A stretch of DNA of 64,000 nucleotides from Chloroflexota bacterium (lineage in GTDB: Bacteria; Chloroflexota; Limnocylindria; Limnocylindrales; CSP1-4): positions 84-64,083 of the forward strand of contig JALOOH010000005.1 in assembly GCA_025454515.1 (NCBI GenBank). Direction: 5' to 3'. This document shows, piece after piece, positions 55,763 through 64,000 of the stretch (the stretch's first letter is position 1; each line of letters starts with the position of its first letter). The notes beneath the pieces are model-generated. The model was not told the origin of the DNA and ran no database searches. It worked only from the letters and a program-made list of their open reading frames with translations. A program made the translations under genes and the position numbers.

Positions 55763-56990
55763 ATGGCGGACACGGGAACGGATGCCGACGGGCGGGGGAT
55801 GATCCCGGATCCCGCGCGGGCTGACGAGACCCTCGACGCCACCGCGGCGGCCGCCGCCACGGCCGCCGGCGTGGCCGCGGATGCGGGCGCCGACCGGCCG
55901 GAGAGCGATCCGGTGTCCGCCGCGGCGCCCCCGAGCCGGCGCGCCGCCATCATGCGGTCGGGCCTCATCGTCGGCGTCCTCGTCATCGTCTTCGGCGTCA
56001 TCCTGCCGGCGACCGGCGTCGACTACAGCGATGTGCTCGCGGCGTTCCAGGCGCTGACGCCGGACCAGGTCATCGTGATCACCGTCCTCGGCGTGGTCGC
56101 CTGGCTCGTGAGCGGGCTCATCTTCTGCGCGCTCATCCCCGGGCTGTCGGTCCTCCGCGGCACTTCATCGTGGCTGATCCTGTCCGGCATCGGCTCGAGC
56201 ATCCCGTTCGGGCCGTGGAATATGGGCGTCCTCTGGGTGATCGTCCGCGGCTGGGGTGTGGCGAACATCCCGGCCACCTCCGGCATCGCCCTCTACGGCC
56301 TCGTCAACGAGCTCAGCCGGCTCGCGCTGCCCGTCATCTCGGTCGGGGCGCTGGCCGGGGATGCCGGACACGGAGAACGCCGGAACGGCCTGGACGATCG
56401 CCATCATCAGCGTCATCGCGTTCTTCCTGGTCACCGGCCTCATCGTCGCGATCGTCCGGTCGCAGCGCGTCGCGGACTGGCTCGGTGCCAGGGGCCAGTC
56501 GCTCGCCTCGTGGGTGATGCGCCGGCTCGGGCGGAAGGAAGCCCCGAATGTGGACGGCGCGATCCACCGCTTCCGCGACCAGCTCGGCGAGGTCATCCGT
56601 CGCCGCGGCCTCGCCTCGATCGCCATCGCGATCGCCTCGCAGTTCGTGTGGGCCACCGTCCTCGTCGTGGCGCTCTGGATGTGCGGCGTCCCGGAGTCGG
56701 CACTGAGCCCGGCGGCCGTCTTCGCCGTCTACGGGCTCGTGATGGTCATCACGATCATCCCGCTCTCACCGGGTGGCGCGGGCGTGCCGGAGCTGCTGTT
56801 CATCACCGGACTGACGGCGATCGCCGGCGACCAGTACAACGCCGCGATCACCGCCGGCGTCTTCCTGTACCGCCTGTACTACTGGTTCCTGCCCATCCCG
56901 CTCGCCTGGATCCTGCTGAAGGTGGCGCGCCGCGGGAAGCCCATGCTGCCGACGACGGCGGAGCTCAGGGCCAAGGCGCACGGCGCGTAG
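55763..56990 (+). pseudogene. flippase-like / lysylphosphatidylglycerol-synthase TM-domain family membrane protein, frameshifted
   Basis: Frame 1 (55763-about 56365) and frame +2 (about 56355-56990) together give a collinear ~410-aa polytopic protein (...LALPVISVGALAGDAG | TENAGTAWTIAIISVIAFFLV...). Frame 1 alone degenerates into Arg/His-rich sequence. Confidence 0.65.
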
Positions 56991-57049
56991 GCGGGGGCGG
57001 CGAGGACCGGGCTCCGGGCGGCGTGGATGGGGTCCGGGCGGCCCGGCCG

Positions 57050-58867
57050 TCAGGCCCCGGAGCCCGCCCCTGAGCCGTGTTCGTCGGCGCCTTCGAGCGC
57101 GAGCTCGCGCGCGAGCCCGTCCACGGCGGTGCCGAGCGACGCGTAGATCCGGTCCTCGCCTATCGCGTCCATCAGGCCGACCCTGCGCATGCGGTCGCGC
57201 ACCGGCCCGCGCACCTGCGCGAACGCGAGGATCATCGTGCGCTCGCCCATGTCGCGAAGGAGCGACGCGATCATGTCGGCCGTGGTCACGTCGAGGTCCG
57301 CGGTCGCCGCGAGGTCCACGACGACCGCGCGCGGCCGCGGGTCCGGTGCGTCCACGAGCCGGAGGATCTGCGTGTGCGCGACGTTCGCGTTGAAGAAGTA
57401 GAGGGGCGCGTCGACCCGCACGATGGCGAGTCCGGGCACGTACAGCGCCTGCGGGTGGCGTGCCAGGTCGCCGAACGTCCGCGGCTGCCCCGGCAACACC
57501 CCGATGGTCGCCACGTACGGCCTGCTCGCGCGGTACAGCAGGAAGGAGACGGACAGGATGACGGCGACGAGGAGGCCGGGCAGGACGCCGAAGGCCACGA
57601 CGCCGGCCAGGGCGGCCGTGGCCACGACGAAGTCCGTCCGGCGCCATCGCCAGTAGCGGCGCATCTCGCGCCAGTCCATCAGGCCGAGCGCGGCGGCGAT
57701 GACGATCGCGCCGAGGACCGCATTCGGCAGGTCGGTGAAGATCGGCGCGAGGACGAGCGCCGTCGCGAGGATGAGCAGCGACGTCACGAGCGACGAGAGC
57801 TGCGTCCGCGTGCCGGCGGCCTCGGCCGTCGAGGTCTGGGAAAGGCTCGCGTCCACCGCGAACCCGCCGAAGAGCCCGGACGACACGTTGGCTGCCCCGA
57901 GGGCCACGAGCTCCTGGTCCGGGTCGATCTCGTAGCGGTGCCGGTCGCCGAACGACCGCCCCACGCCGACCGTCTCGCCGACGGCGAGGAACACGAGCCC
58001 CACGGCGCCAAGGAGGAGCCCCGGCAGCGCGTCGAGAGGGACCTCGGGGATCCCCGGCCTGCCGATCCCCGTCTCGATCGGCCCGACGAGGCTCACCCCC
58101 TGCCCGGCGAGATCGAGCGCCTTCGCGGCCAGGATCCCGACGACCAGGACGACCAGGGCGCCCGGGATCCGCGGAGAGATCGCGCGGAGCCCGAAGATGA
58201 TGACGAGCGCCGTCAGCCCCACCGCGAGGGTGGTGGGATCCGTCTCGCCGAGCCCGCTGAGGATCCCCTGGACCTGCTCGGGGACCGAACCCGAGGTCGA
58301 CGGGATCCCGAGGATCTTCGGCACCTGGCCGACGACGATCGTGATCGCGACGCCGAAGATGAACCCGGTGATCACCGCCTTCGACAGGAAGTCGGAGATG
58401 AACCCCAGCCGGGCGATCCCGCCCGCGAAGAGGATGAGGCCGACGATGATCGCGAGCATCGCTGTCTCGGCGGCGAAGAGGACCGGGTCTCCGCTCGCGA
58501 CGTCGGCAACGATCGAGGCGGACGTGATCGCCATCGTCGAGCTCACGGTGACCTTGACGTGGCGGCTGGTCCCGAAGACGGCGTACGCCGCGAGCGCCGC
58601 GAACGCTGTCGCGAGGCCGAGCTCGGGCGGGACGCCCGCGAGTCCGGCGTAGGCGAGCGCGACGGGCACCATGACGCCCCACGACGTGAGGCCGGCGACG
58701 ACGTCCGGCCGCAGGTCGTCGCGGTGGTACGCCGGCAGCCACGTGAGGATCGGGACGTAGTGCCGGATCAGGACCGGTGCCCGCTCGCGGAGCGTGCGAC
58801 GCGCGGGCGCGCCCCCGGCCGGGGCCGGCTGGGACTCGGGTCCGCCTCCCGCCGGCACGCCGCTCAT
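57050..58867 (-). CDS. SulP-family sulfate permease with C-terminal STAS domain
   Basis: MSGVPAGGG...YHRDDLRPDVVAGLTSWGVMVPVALAYAGLAGVPP (SulP signature). The STAS domain is near the C-terminus. Confidence 0.85.
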   Translation of the reverse strand: MSGVPAGGGPESQPAPAGGAPARRTLRERAPVLIRHYVPILTWLPAYHRDDLRPDVVAGLTSWGVMVPVALAYAGLAGVPPELGLATAFAALAAYAVFGTSRHVKVTVSSTMAITSASIVADVASGDPVLFAAETAMLAIIVGLILFAGGIARLGFISDFLSKAVITGFIFGVAITIVVGQVPKILGIPSTSGSVPEQVQGILSGLGETDPTTLAVGLTALVIIFGLRAISPRIPGALVVLVVGILAAKALDLAGQGVSLVGPIETGIGRPGIPEVPLDALPGLLLGAVGLVFLAVGETVGVGRSFGDRHRYEIDPDQELVALGAANVSSGLFGGFAVDASLSQTSTAEAAGTRTQLSSLVTSLLILATALVLAPIFTDLPNAVLGAIVIAAALGLMDWREMRRYWRWRRTDFVVATAALAGVVAFGVLPGLLVAVILSVSFLLYRASRPYVATIGVLPGQPRTFGDLARHPQALYVPGLAIVRVDAPLYFFNANVAHTQILRLVDAPDPRPRAVVVDLAATADLDVTTADMIASLLRDMGERTMILAFAQVRGPVRDRMRRVGLMDAIGEDRIYASLGTAVDGLARELALEGADEHGSGAGSGA

Positions 58868-60273
58868 GTCCGCCCGTGACACTGCTTCACCTTCCGGCCG
58901 CTCCCACAAGGGCACGGGTCGTTCCGGCCCACGCGCGCGAGGGCCTCCCGCACCCGCGCATCCTCGGCAGCATACCGGGCCATGAGCTCGGCCGGGGCAC
59001 GGTCCCGGCGGAGCAGCTCGGCCATCGCGCGCATCGGTCCGTCCACGTGATGGAAGAACGCCAGGTAGCCCGCGCACAGGTAGTTCAGGCCGGGCTCGCC
59101 GTCGGGCGTCCGGATGAACCGGTCCTTGGGGCATCCCCCGTGACAGGCGAAGCGGACGTCGCACTCCCGGCACCAGCGGGGGAGCGTCTCGCGCTTCGCG
59201 AGCCCGAACGCCCGCTGGCGCTCCGATGCGACGAGCTCCGCCATCGGGGTCTCGGCGATGTTGCCCAGGCGGTACGCCTCCTCGACGAAGTGGTCGCAGC
59301 TGTACAGGTCGCCCGTGTGCTCGAGCGCGAGGGCGGTGCCGCATGTCTCCGAGTGGATGCACAGGCCATGCGGCTCGCCGTACCAGGAGGCGAGCGCGAC
59401 GTCGAACGGCTGAACGTAGACCCGGCCGACGTCGTGGCGGACCCACTCCTCGAAGACGCCGATGAGGAACGATCCGTACTGCGCGGCGGTGATCGAGCGG
59501 TCCGTGACCAGCTCGCCCTCCTGGCGGTAGAGGGGCCGGTCGCGCCAGGACGTCCAGGGCGCCTTCACGGACAGCCCGGGCGACACCTCCAGCGCGTCGA
59601 GCGGGACGTCCACCGCGGGGGCGGGAAGTCGCTCGATGATCGGGATGAGCTGCATGAACCGGATGCCGCACGCATCCCGGAGGAACCGGTAGACCTCGAC
59701 CGGGTGGTCCGCGTTCGCACGGTGCAGGGTCGTGAGGGCGTTCACCTCCACGCCGTGCCGCTGCAGCACCTCGAGGCCGCGCATGACCCGGTCGAAGGTG
59801 GGCGCGCCTCCCTTGTCCACCCGGTACGCGTCATGCATCGCGCGCGGGCCGTCGATGCTGATCCCGACGAGGAAGTCGTGCTCGCGGAAGAAGGCCGCCA
59901 GCTCGTCGTCGATGAGGGTCCCGTTCGTCTGGATCGTGTACGCGACGGACATCTCCGGGCGCCGATGCTTCTCGACGTACGCGACGGAGCGTCGGAAGAA
60001 GTCGATGCCCATGAGCGTGGGCTCGCCGCCCTGCCAGGCGATCGTCACCTCCGGGACGCGCTGGGCCTCGATGAGCTGCCGGATGTACGTCTCGAGCATC
60101 CCGTCCGCCATCCGGAAGCGGCTGCCGGGGTACAGCATCTCCTTGGACAGGAAGAAGCAGTACGCGCAGTCCAGGTTGCACGTCGCGCCGGTCGGCTTGG
60201 CGAGCAGGTGGAATGCCGGCGGGCCGGCCTGCCGCGCGGCACCAGGGCGTTCGGCGCCGGCGGGCTCAGGCAA
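58864..60273 (-). CDS. anaerobic sulfatase-maturating enzyme (radical SAM/SPASM) with C-terminal SEC-C metal-binding motif
   Basis: CNLDCAYCF radical-SAM cluster. SPASM cysteines (CRECDVRFACHGGCP). Terminal CPCGSGRKVKQCHG SEC-C motif. 4-nt overlap with the SulP start. Confidence 0.85.
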   Translation of the reverse strand: MPEPAGAERPGAARQAGPPAFHLLAKPTGATCNLDCAYCFFLSKEMLYPGSRFRMADGMLETYIRQLIEAQRVPEVTIAWQGGEPTLMGIDFFRRSVAYVEKHRRPEMSVAYTIQTNGTLIDDELAAFFREHDFLVGISIDGPRAMHDAYRVDKGGAPTFDRVMRGLEVLQRHGVEVNALTTLHRANADHPVEVYRFLRDACGIRFMQLIPIIERLPAPAVDVPLDALEVSPGLSVKAPWTSWRDRPLYRQEGELVTDRSITAAQYGSFLIGVFEEWVRHDVGRVYVQPFDVALASWYGEPHGLCIHSETCGTALALEHTGDLYSCDHFVEEAYRLGNIAETPMAELVASERQRAFGLAKRETLPRWCRECDVRFACHGGCPKDRFIRTPDGEPGLNYLCAGYLAFFHHVDGPMRAMAELLRRDRAPAELMARYAAEDARVREALARVGRNDPCPCGSGRKVKQCHGRT

Positions 60274-60943
60274 GGCCCGTCGCTCCTCGCCACACGAGGA
60301 TCGCCCCGAACGCGACGAGGACGACCGTCATGATCGCGGCGTTGTGCGCCGTCAGCCAGGCGCGCCACCCAGCGAGCACGGGCCCGGCCCGCTCGCCCAT
60401 CGCGACGGCGACGAGGACCGGCACCAGGGCGGTCGCGCTCGCGACCAGGACGTAGGCCGCCAGGGCCGCGGCCGCGGCGGGAGCCGCGAGCCCCTGTTCG
60501 GCGATCGCCGTCCCGGCGGCGAGCGTCAGCACGAGGTTCTTGGGCTTCGCGGCGGCGAGGACCGCCCCGGTCACGAACGCGCGCGGGGCGCTGATCGAGT
60601 CGAAGGCGGCCATCCACTTCGGGCTCGGGTCGTCGTCGCCCGGCCCGGGCCGTCGCAGCCACCGCAGCAGCCCGTAGGCGAGGAGGATCCCGCCGAGCGC
60701 GATCGAGCCGATCGCCACGAGGCGCGACGAACCGTCCCCGCTGCCGATGCCGATGGCGCCCTCCAGGGCGACGACGGCGCCACCGAGGACGACGAGGCCT
60801 CCGGCCCAGCCCGCCACGAACGCGCCGCCCTTCGCCCGTCCCCCCGGGGACGCGACGAGCAGGATCGCCGCGATGGCCGCGACCGGGCTCGCGGCGACGC
60901 CGAGCCCCAGTGCGACGAGCGGCGCGATCACCCCGTCGGACAC
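60266..60943 (-). CDS. hypothetical membrane protein (GAP-family-like, 6 TM)
   Basis: Hydrophobic profile. Overlaps the maturase start. Confidence 0.5.
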   Translation of the reverse strand: MSDGVIAPLVALGLGVAASPVAAIAAILLVASPGGRAKGGAFVAGWAGGLVVLGGAVVALEGAIGIGSGDGSSRLVAIGSIALGGILLAYGLLRWLRRPGPGDDDPSPKWMAAFDSISAPRAFVTGAVLAAAKPKNLVLTLAAGTAIAEQGLAAPAAAAALAAYVLVASATALVPVLVAVAMGERAGPVLAGWRAWLTAHNAAIMTVVLVAFGAILVWRGATGLA

Positions 60944-61002
60944 GTCTCCCCCAGCCGCGGCGTCGGGTCTCGCCCGATCGCGCTACCGGTGCAGGGTACC
61001 CG

Positions 61003-61560
61003 TCAGCCGGCCGCCGGGGCGCCCCCGTCCGCCGGGACGGGTGCGCCGGCCGCGTCCGCGGCCGCCTGGGCGTCCGCCGCGGCGTCGGCGAGGTCGTCGT
61101 CGTCCTCCACGAGGTGGGCTTCTACGACGCCGCCGAGGTCCTCCAGCTTGGCGATGACGTCCGGCGATTCCCCCTGCTCCACGAGGACGCCCACGGCGGC
61201 CTTGCCGCCCTTGAGCTCGTACCCGATCCGCTGGAGATCCTCGTCCTTGAGGCCCAGGTGCTTGTGCGCCATGCGCCCCACGACGGCGCCGCCGATCGTC
61301 CAGCCGACGAGCCCGACGCCCGCGATGGGCGTGAGCGCGACCCCGATGATCCCCAGGATGAACCCGACCCCGGCGCCCTTGCCGGTGTCGTGGCGACCCA
61401 GGCGGTGCTGCTTCACGTCGCCGTGCTCGTCGAGGACGAGGACGCCGACCGCGCGCAGCGTCGCCTCGCGCTGGAGCTTCTCCCAGTCCTTCAGCTCCGC
61501 CACGGCCGCATCCGCGGCGGCCTCGTCCGGGAAGAACGCCAGGACCACTTCCTTCGCCAT
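61003..61560 (-). CDS. DUF1269-like membrane protein with glycine-zipper
   Basis: RBS ggagg, then ATG. GVGFILGIIGVALTPIAGVGLVGWTIGGAVVG. Acidic C-terminal tail. Confidence 0.55.
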   Translation of the reverse strand: MAKEVVLAFFPDEAAADAAVAELKDWEKLQREATLRAVGVLVLDEHGDVKQHRLGRHDTGKGAGVGFILGIIGVALTPIAGVGLVGWTIGGAVVGRMAHKHLGLKDEDLQRIGYELKGGKAAVGVLVEQGESPDVIAKLEDLGGVVEAHLVEDDDDLADAAADAQAAADAAGAPVPADGGAPAAG

Positions 61561-61640
61561 CGGTGATGCCTCCGGTCTCTCGTGATGTGGCGGGGACGCC
61601 ACGCCCAGGGCGCGCCCGCCGTACGTCTCCGGGTCGGTGC

Positions 61641-63977
61641 TCAGCCGGCGGCGCCGTGCCCGACGGCCTGCGCGGCCGCGTGCTCGTGGAGCGCGAGGGC
61701 GTCCGCGTGCGAGATCGGATGGAGGTCGAACACGACCTTCTTCACCGTGCCCGTGAAGGCATACGGGGCGCGGTCCTCGTACGCGAGGTCCACGACCCCG
61801 CCGTTGTCCCGGCCCATGTCCATCCCTGCGTACGTCGTGAAGATCAGCGAGATGGTGTGCTCGAGCCTGCCCTCACCGATCTGCCGGTCGTTCGCCCAGA
61901 GGGTGACGCGACCGCCCGCTCCCGGTGTGGCCTCGTCCGCCTCGAAGAGCATCTTCACCGTCACCTCGCCGGACGGGATCGGCTCCGTCGAGGTCTGCCT
62001 GTACGTCTCCACGCCGAGGAACTGGTACGTGTGGTTGAGCAGGCCGTTCTCGTCGATCCAGAGGGCGAACCCCCCGATGAAGTCGGCGAAGGCGACGAGC
62101 ACGCCCTCGGCGCCGTCGCCTGGGACGTCGAGATGTGCCTCGATCGCGTACGAGCGGCCGATGATCCGCGGGATCATCATCGTCGAGACGTTCTGGACGT
62201 CGCCGAAGTACTCGAACCGGGTGACCGTGGGCATCGGCGGGAGCATCCCGAAGAAGACCGCGTAACCGCCGAGCAGCGGCAGGACGCGATTCCGCTCGGC
62301 CTCCCGCCAGAAGAGGTCCTTCAGCTCGGCGAGCTTCGCGGGGTTCTCGGACGCGAGGTCGTGCGCCTGGCTGAAGTCGTCGGGCAGGTAGTACAGCTGC
62401 CACTGGTCCTGCTCGGGGTCCCAGGACCCGCCCGGTGCGAACCGCTTCAGGGTCGCCGGGCTGAAGTCCCAGGGGAGCTTGTCGAGCTTGGCGCAGGCCC
62501 ACCAGCCGTCCCTGTAGATGGCGCGGCTGCCGTACATCTCGAAGTACTGGACCGTGTGTCGCTCGTCCGCCGTCGGCTCGTCGAGCGTGTAGGCGAAGCT
62601 GGTGCCGTCCATCGGCTCCTGCTCGATCCCGTCCACCACGGTCGGCTCCGGGATCCCGACGAGCTCGAGGACGGTCGGGACGACGTCGATGCAATGGGTG
62701 AACTGGCTGCGCACCGTCGCGTCGGCCCTGATCCGTCGCGGCCACGCGACGACCATCGGGTCGCGCGTCCCGCCGAGGTGGCTCGCCATCTGCTTGCCCC
62801 ACTGGTAGGGGGCGTTGTTCGCGTGTGCCCATGCGGCGGCGAAGTGCGGAGCCGTGTGGAAGCCGCCGATCTCCTCGACTCCGCCGAACTTCTCGATGAT
62901 CTCGAGCTGCTGGTCCGCCTCGAGCACGACCCCGTTGAAGAAGGTCGTCTCGTTGAAGGAGCCGGTGAGCGTCCCCTCCATCGAGGCGCCGTTGTCGCCC
63001 CAGATGTAGAAGACGAGGGTGTCGTCGAGCTCCCCCATCTCCTCGATCGAGTCGAGCAGGCGGCCGACGTTCCAGTCCGCGTTCTCCGAGAAGCCCGCGA
63101 AGACCTCCATCTGTCGCGCGTAGAGCCTCTTCTGCGCGTCGGTCAGCGAGTCCCAGGCGGGGAACAGGTCCGGGCGGTCGGTGAGCTCCGTCTGGGGCGG
63201 GACGATGCCGAGCTTCTTCTGCCGATCGAGCGTGGCCTCGCGATACGCGTCCCAGCCGGCGTCGAACTTCCCCTTGTACCGGTCGGCCCACTCCTTCATG
63301 ACGTGGTGCGGCGCGTGCGTGGCGCCCGTCGAGTAGTAGACGAACCACGGCTTGTCCGGGTCCTGCGCGCGGACCGCGTGGAGCCACTCGACGGTCTTGT
63401 CCGTGATGTCGTCCGGGAAGTAGTAGAGCTTGCCGTCCTCGCCCTCGGGGATCCCGAGGACGGAGTTGTCCTGCGTGATGATCGGGTCGTACTGGCCTGC
63501 CGCGCCGGTCAGGAAACCCCACCAGTGGTCGAAGCCCCAGCCCGTGGGCCAGTGGTCGAACGGCCCTGCGGCGCCCATCTCGCGTCCCGGCGTCATGTGC
63601 CACTTGCCGAAGCCGGCGGTGATGTACCCGTTCTCCCGGAGGATGCGCGGAAGCGCCGTGCAGCTCCGCGGCCGTGTGCCCGTGTAGCCCGGGAACGGGC
63701 CAGGGAACTCCGCGATCCCACCCATCCCCACGCGGTGATGGTTGCGCCCCGTGAGGAGCGCGGCACGGGTCGGCGAACAGACGGCCGTCACGTGGAAGCG
63801 GTTGTACGTGAGGCCCATCTGCTGGACGCGGGTGAGGCTCGGCGTGCCGATGCCGCCCCCGAAGGTGTCCGGCCCCCCGAACCCGGCGTCGTCGATGAGG
63901 ACGATGAGGACGTTCGGGGCGCCCTCGGGAGCCTTCGGTCCCGGGATGAACGACCAGTCCGCCGCCGAGTCCGCCAT
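61641..63977 (-). CDS. arylsulfatase (type I, Cys-type), no signal peptide
   Basis: Sulfatase signature CSPTRAALLTGRNHHRVGMG (C-x-P-x-R) plus GKWHMTPG and the C-terminal domain. The N-terminus MADSAADWSFIPGP is not a signal peptide. Confidence 0.85.
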   Translation of the reverse strand: MADSAADWSFIPGPKAPEGAPNVLIVLIDDAGFGGPDTFGGGIGTPSLTRVQQMGLTYNRFHVTAVCSPTRAALLTGRNHHRVGMGGIAEFPGPFPGYTGTRPRSCTALPRILRENGYITAGFGKWHMTPGREMGAAGPFDHWPTGWGFDHWWGFLTGAAGQYDPIITQDNSVLGIPEGEDGKLYYFPDDITDKTVEWLHAVRAQDPDKPWFVYYSTGATHAPHHVMKEWADRYKGKFDAGWDAYREATLDRQKKLGIVPPQTELTDRPDLFPAWDSLTDAQKRLYARQMEVFAGFSENADWNVGRLLDSIEEMGELDDTLVFYIWGDNGASMEGTLTGSFNETTFFNGVVLEADQQLEIIEKFGGVEEIGGFHTAPHFAAAWAHANNAPYQWGKQMASHLGGTRDPMVVAWPRRIRADATVRSQFTHCIDVVPTVLELVGIPEPTVVDGIEQEPMDGTSFAYTLDEPTADERHTVQYFEMYGSRAIYRDGWWACAKLDKLPWDFSPATLKRFAPGGSWDPEQDQWQLYYLPDDFSQAHDLASENPAKLAELKDLFWREAERNRVLPLLGGYAVFFGMLPPMPTVTRFEYFGDVQNVSTMMIPRIIGRSYAIEAHLDVPGDGAEGVLVAFADFIGGFALWIDENGLLNHTYQFLGVETYRQTSTEPIPSGEVTVKMLFEADEATPGAGGRVTLWANDRQIGEGRLEHTISLIFTTYAGMDMGRDNGGVVDLAYEDRAPYAFTGTVKKVVFDLHPISHADALALHEHAAAQAVGHGAAG

Positions 63978-64000
63978 CGTCCGGCCCGCGGCGCCGCCGA

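Overview
This window is a high-GC (~70%) chromosomal segment with actinobacterial-type gene organisation (GTG/TTG starts, ggagg-type ribosome-binding sites, 4-nt ATGA/GTGA overlaps between adjacent genes). I can support about 55 protein-coding genes, tRNA-Lys(UUU), an initiator tRNA-Met(CAU), several hairpin terminators and a few short tandem repeats. Most long ORFs in the six-frame track are antisense or out-of-frame GC artefacts (Arg/Pro/Gly-rich, no recognisable motifs) and were discarded.

Gene content, left to right:
- A mannose-family PTS operon (IIA, IIB, fused IIC-IID) ending at tRNA-Lys.
- A convergent secreted YWTD-propeller/TIG protein and an S8 protease.
- An HD-domain protein, a lipoprotein and a SpoIID/FG-GAP secreted protein.
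- An ~800-bp non-coding island with a dense CACGTG motif cluster.
- An MFS transporter, a hydrolase, a tRNA-fMet, a META-domain lipoprotein and a stand-alone TIM.
- A Liv-type branched-chain amino acid ABC transporter operon whose livG-like ATPase is broken by a 10-bp insertion.
- A GMC oxidoreductase.
- A ~7-kb minus-strand aa3-type cytochrome oxidase operon (ctaC-ctaD-ctaE-small subunit-membrane cupredoxin-tlpA-ABC2 exporter). Its subunit II carries an extra C-terminal blue-copper domain, and a paralogous cupredoxin module appears to be split by a frameshift.
- A threonine dehydratase with a DksA/TraR-like gene.
- A cupredoxin lipoprotein.
- Ferredoxin and a proline/peptide catabolism neighbourhood (proC, S9 peptidase, proline dehydrogenase, korAB, M24 prolidase).
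- A transketolase-like enzyme, an aminotransferase and a LysR regulator.
- An ECF sigma factor translationally coupled to an N-terminally extended Ogt.
- A frameshifted flippase-like membrane gene.
- A sulfatase module (SulP permease, anaerobic sulfatase maturase, cytoplasmic arylsulfatase).

I saw no mobile elements, CRISPR arrays or rRNA genes.

The most interesting candidate system is the cytochrome oxidase operon that appears to use cupredoxin domains, rather than any c-type cytochrome, as its electron entry module.
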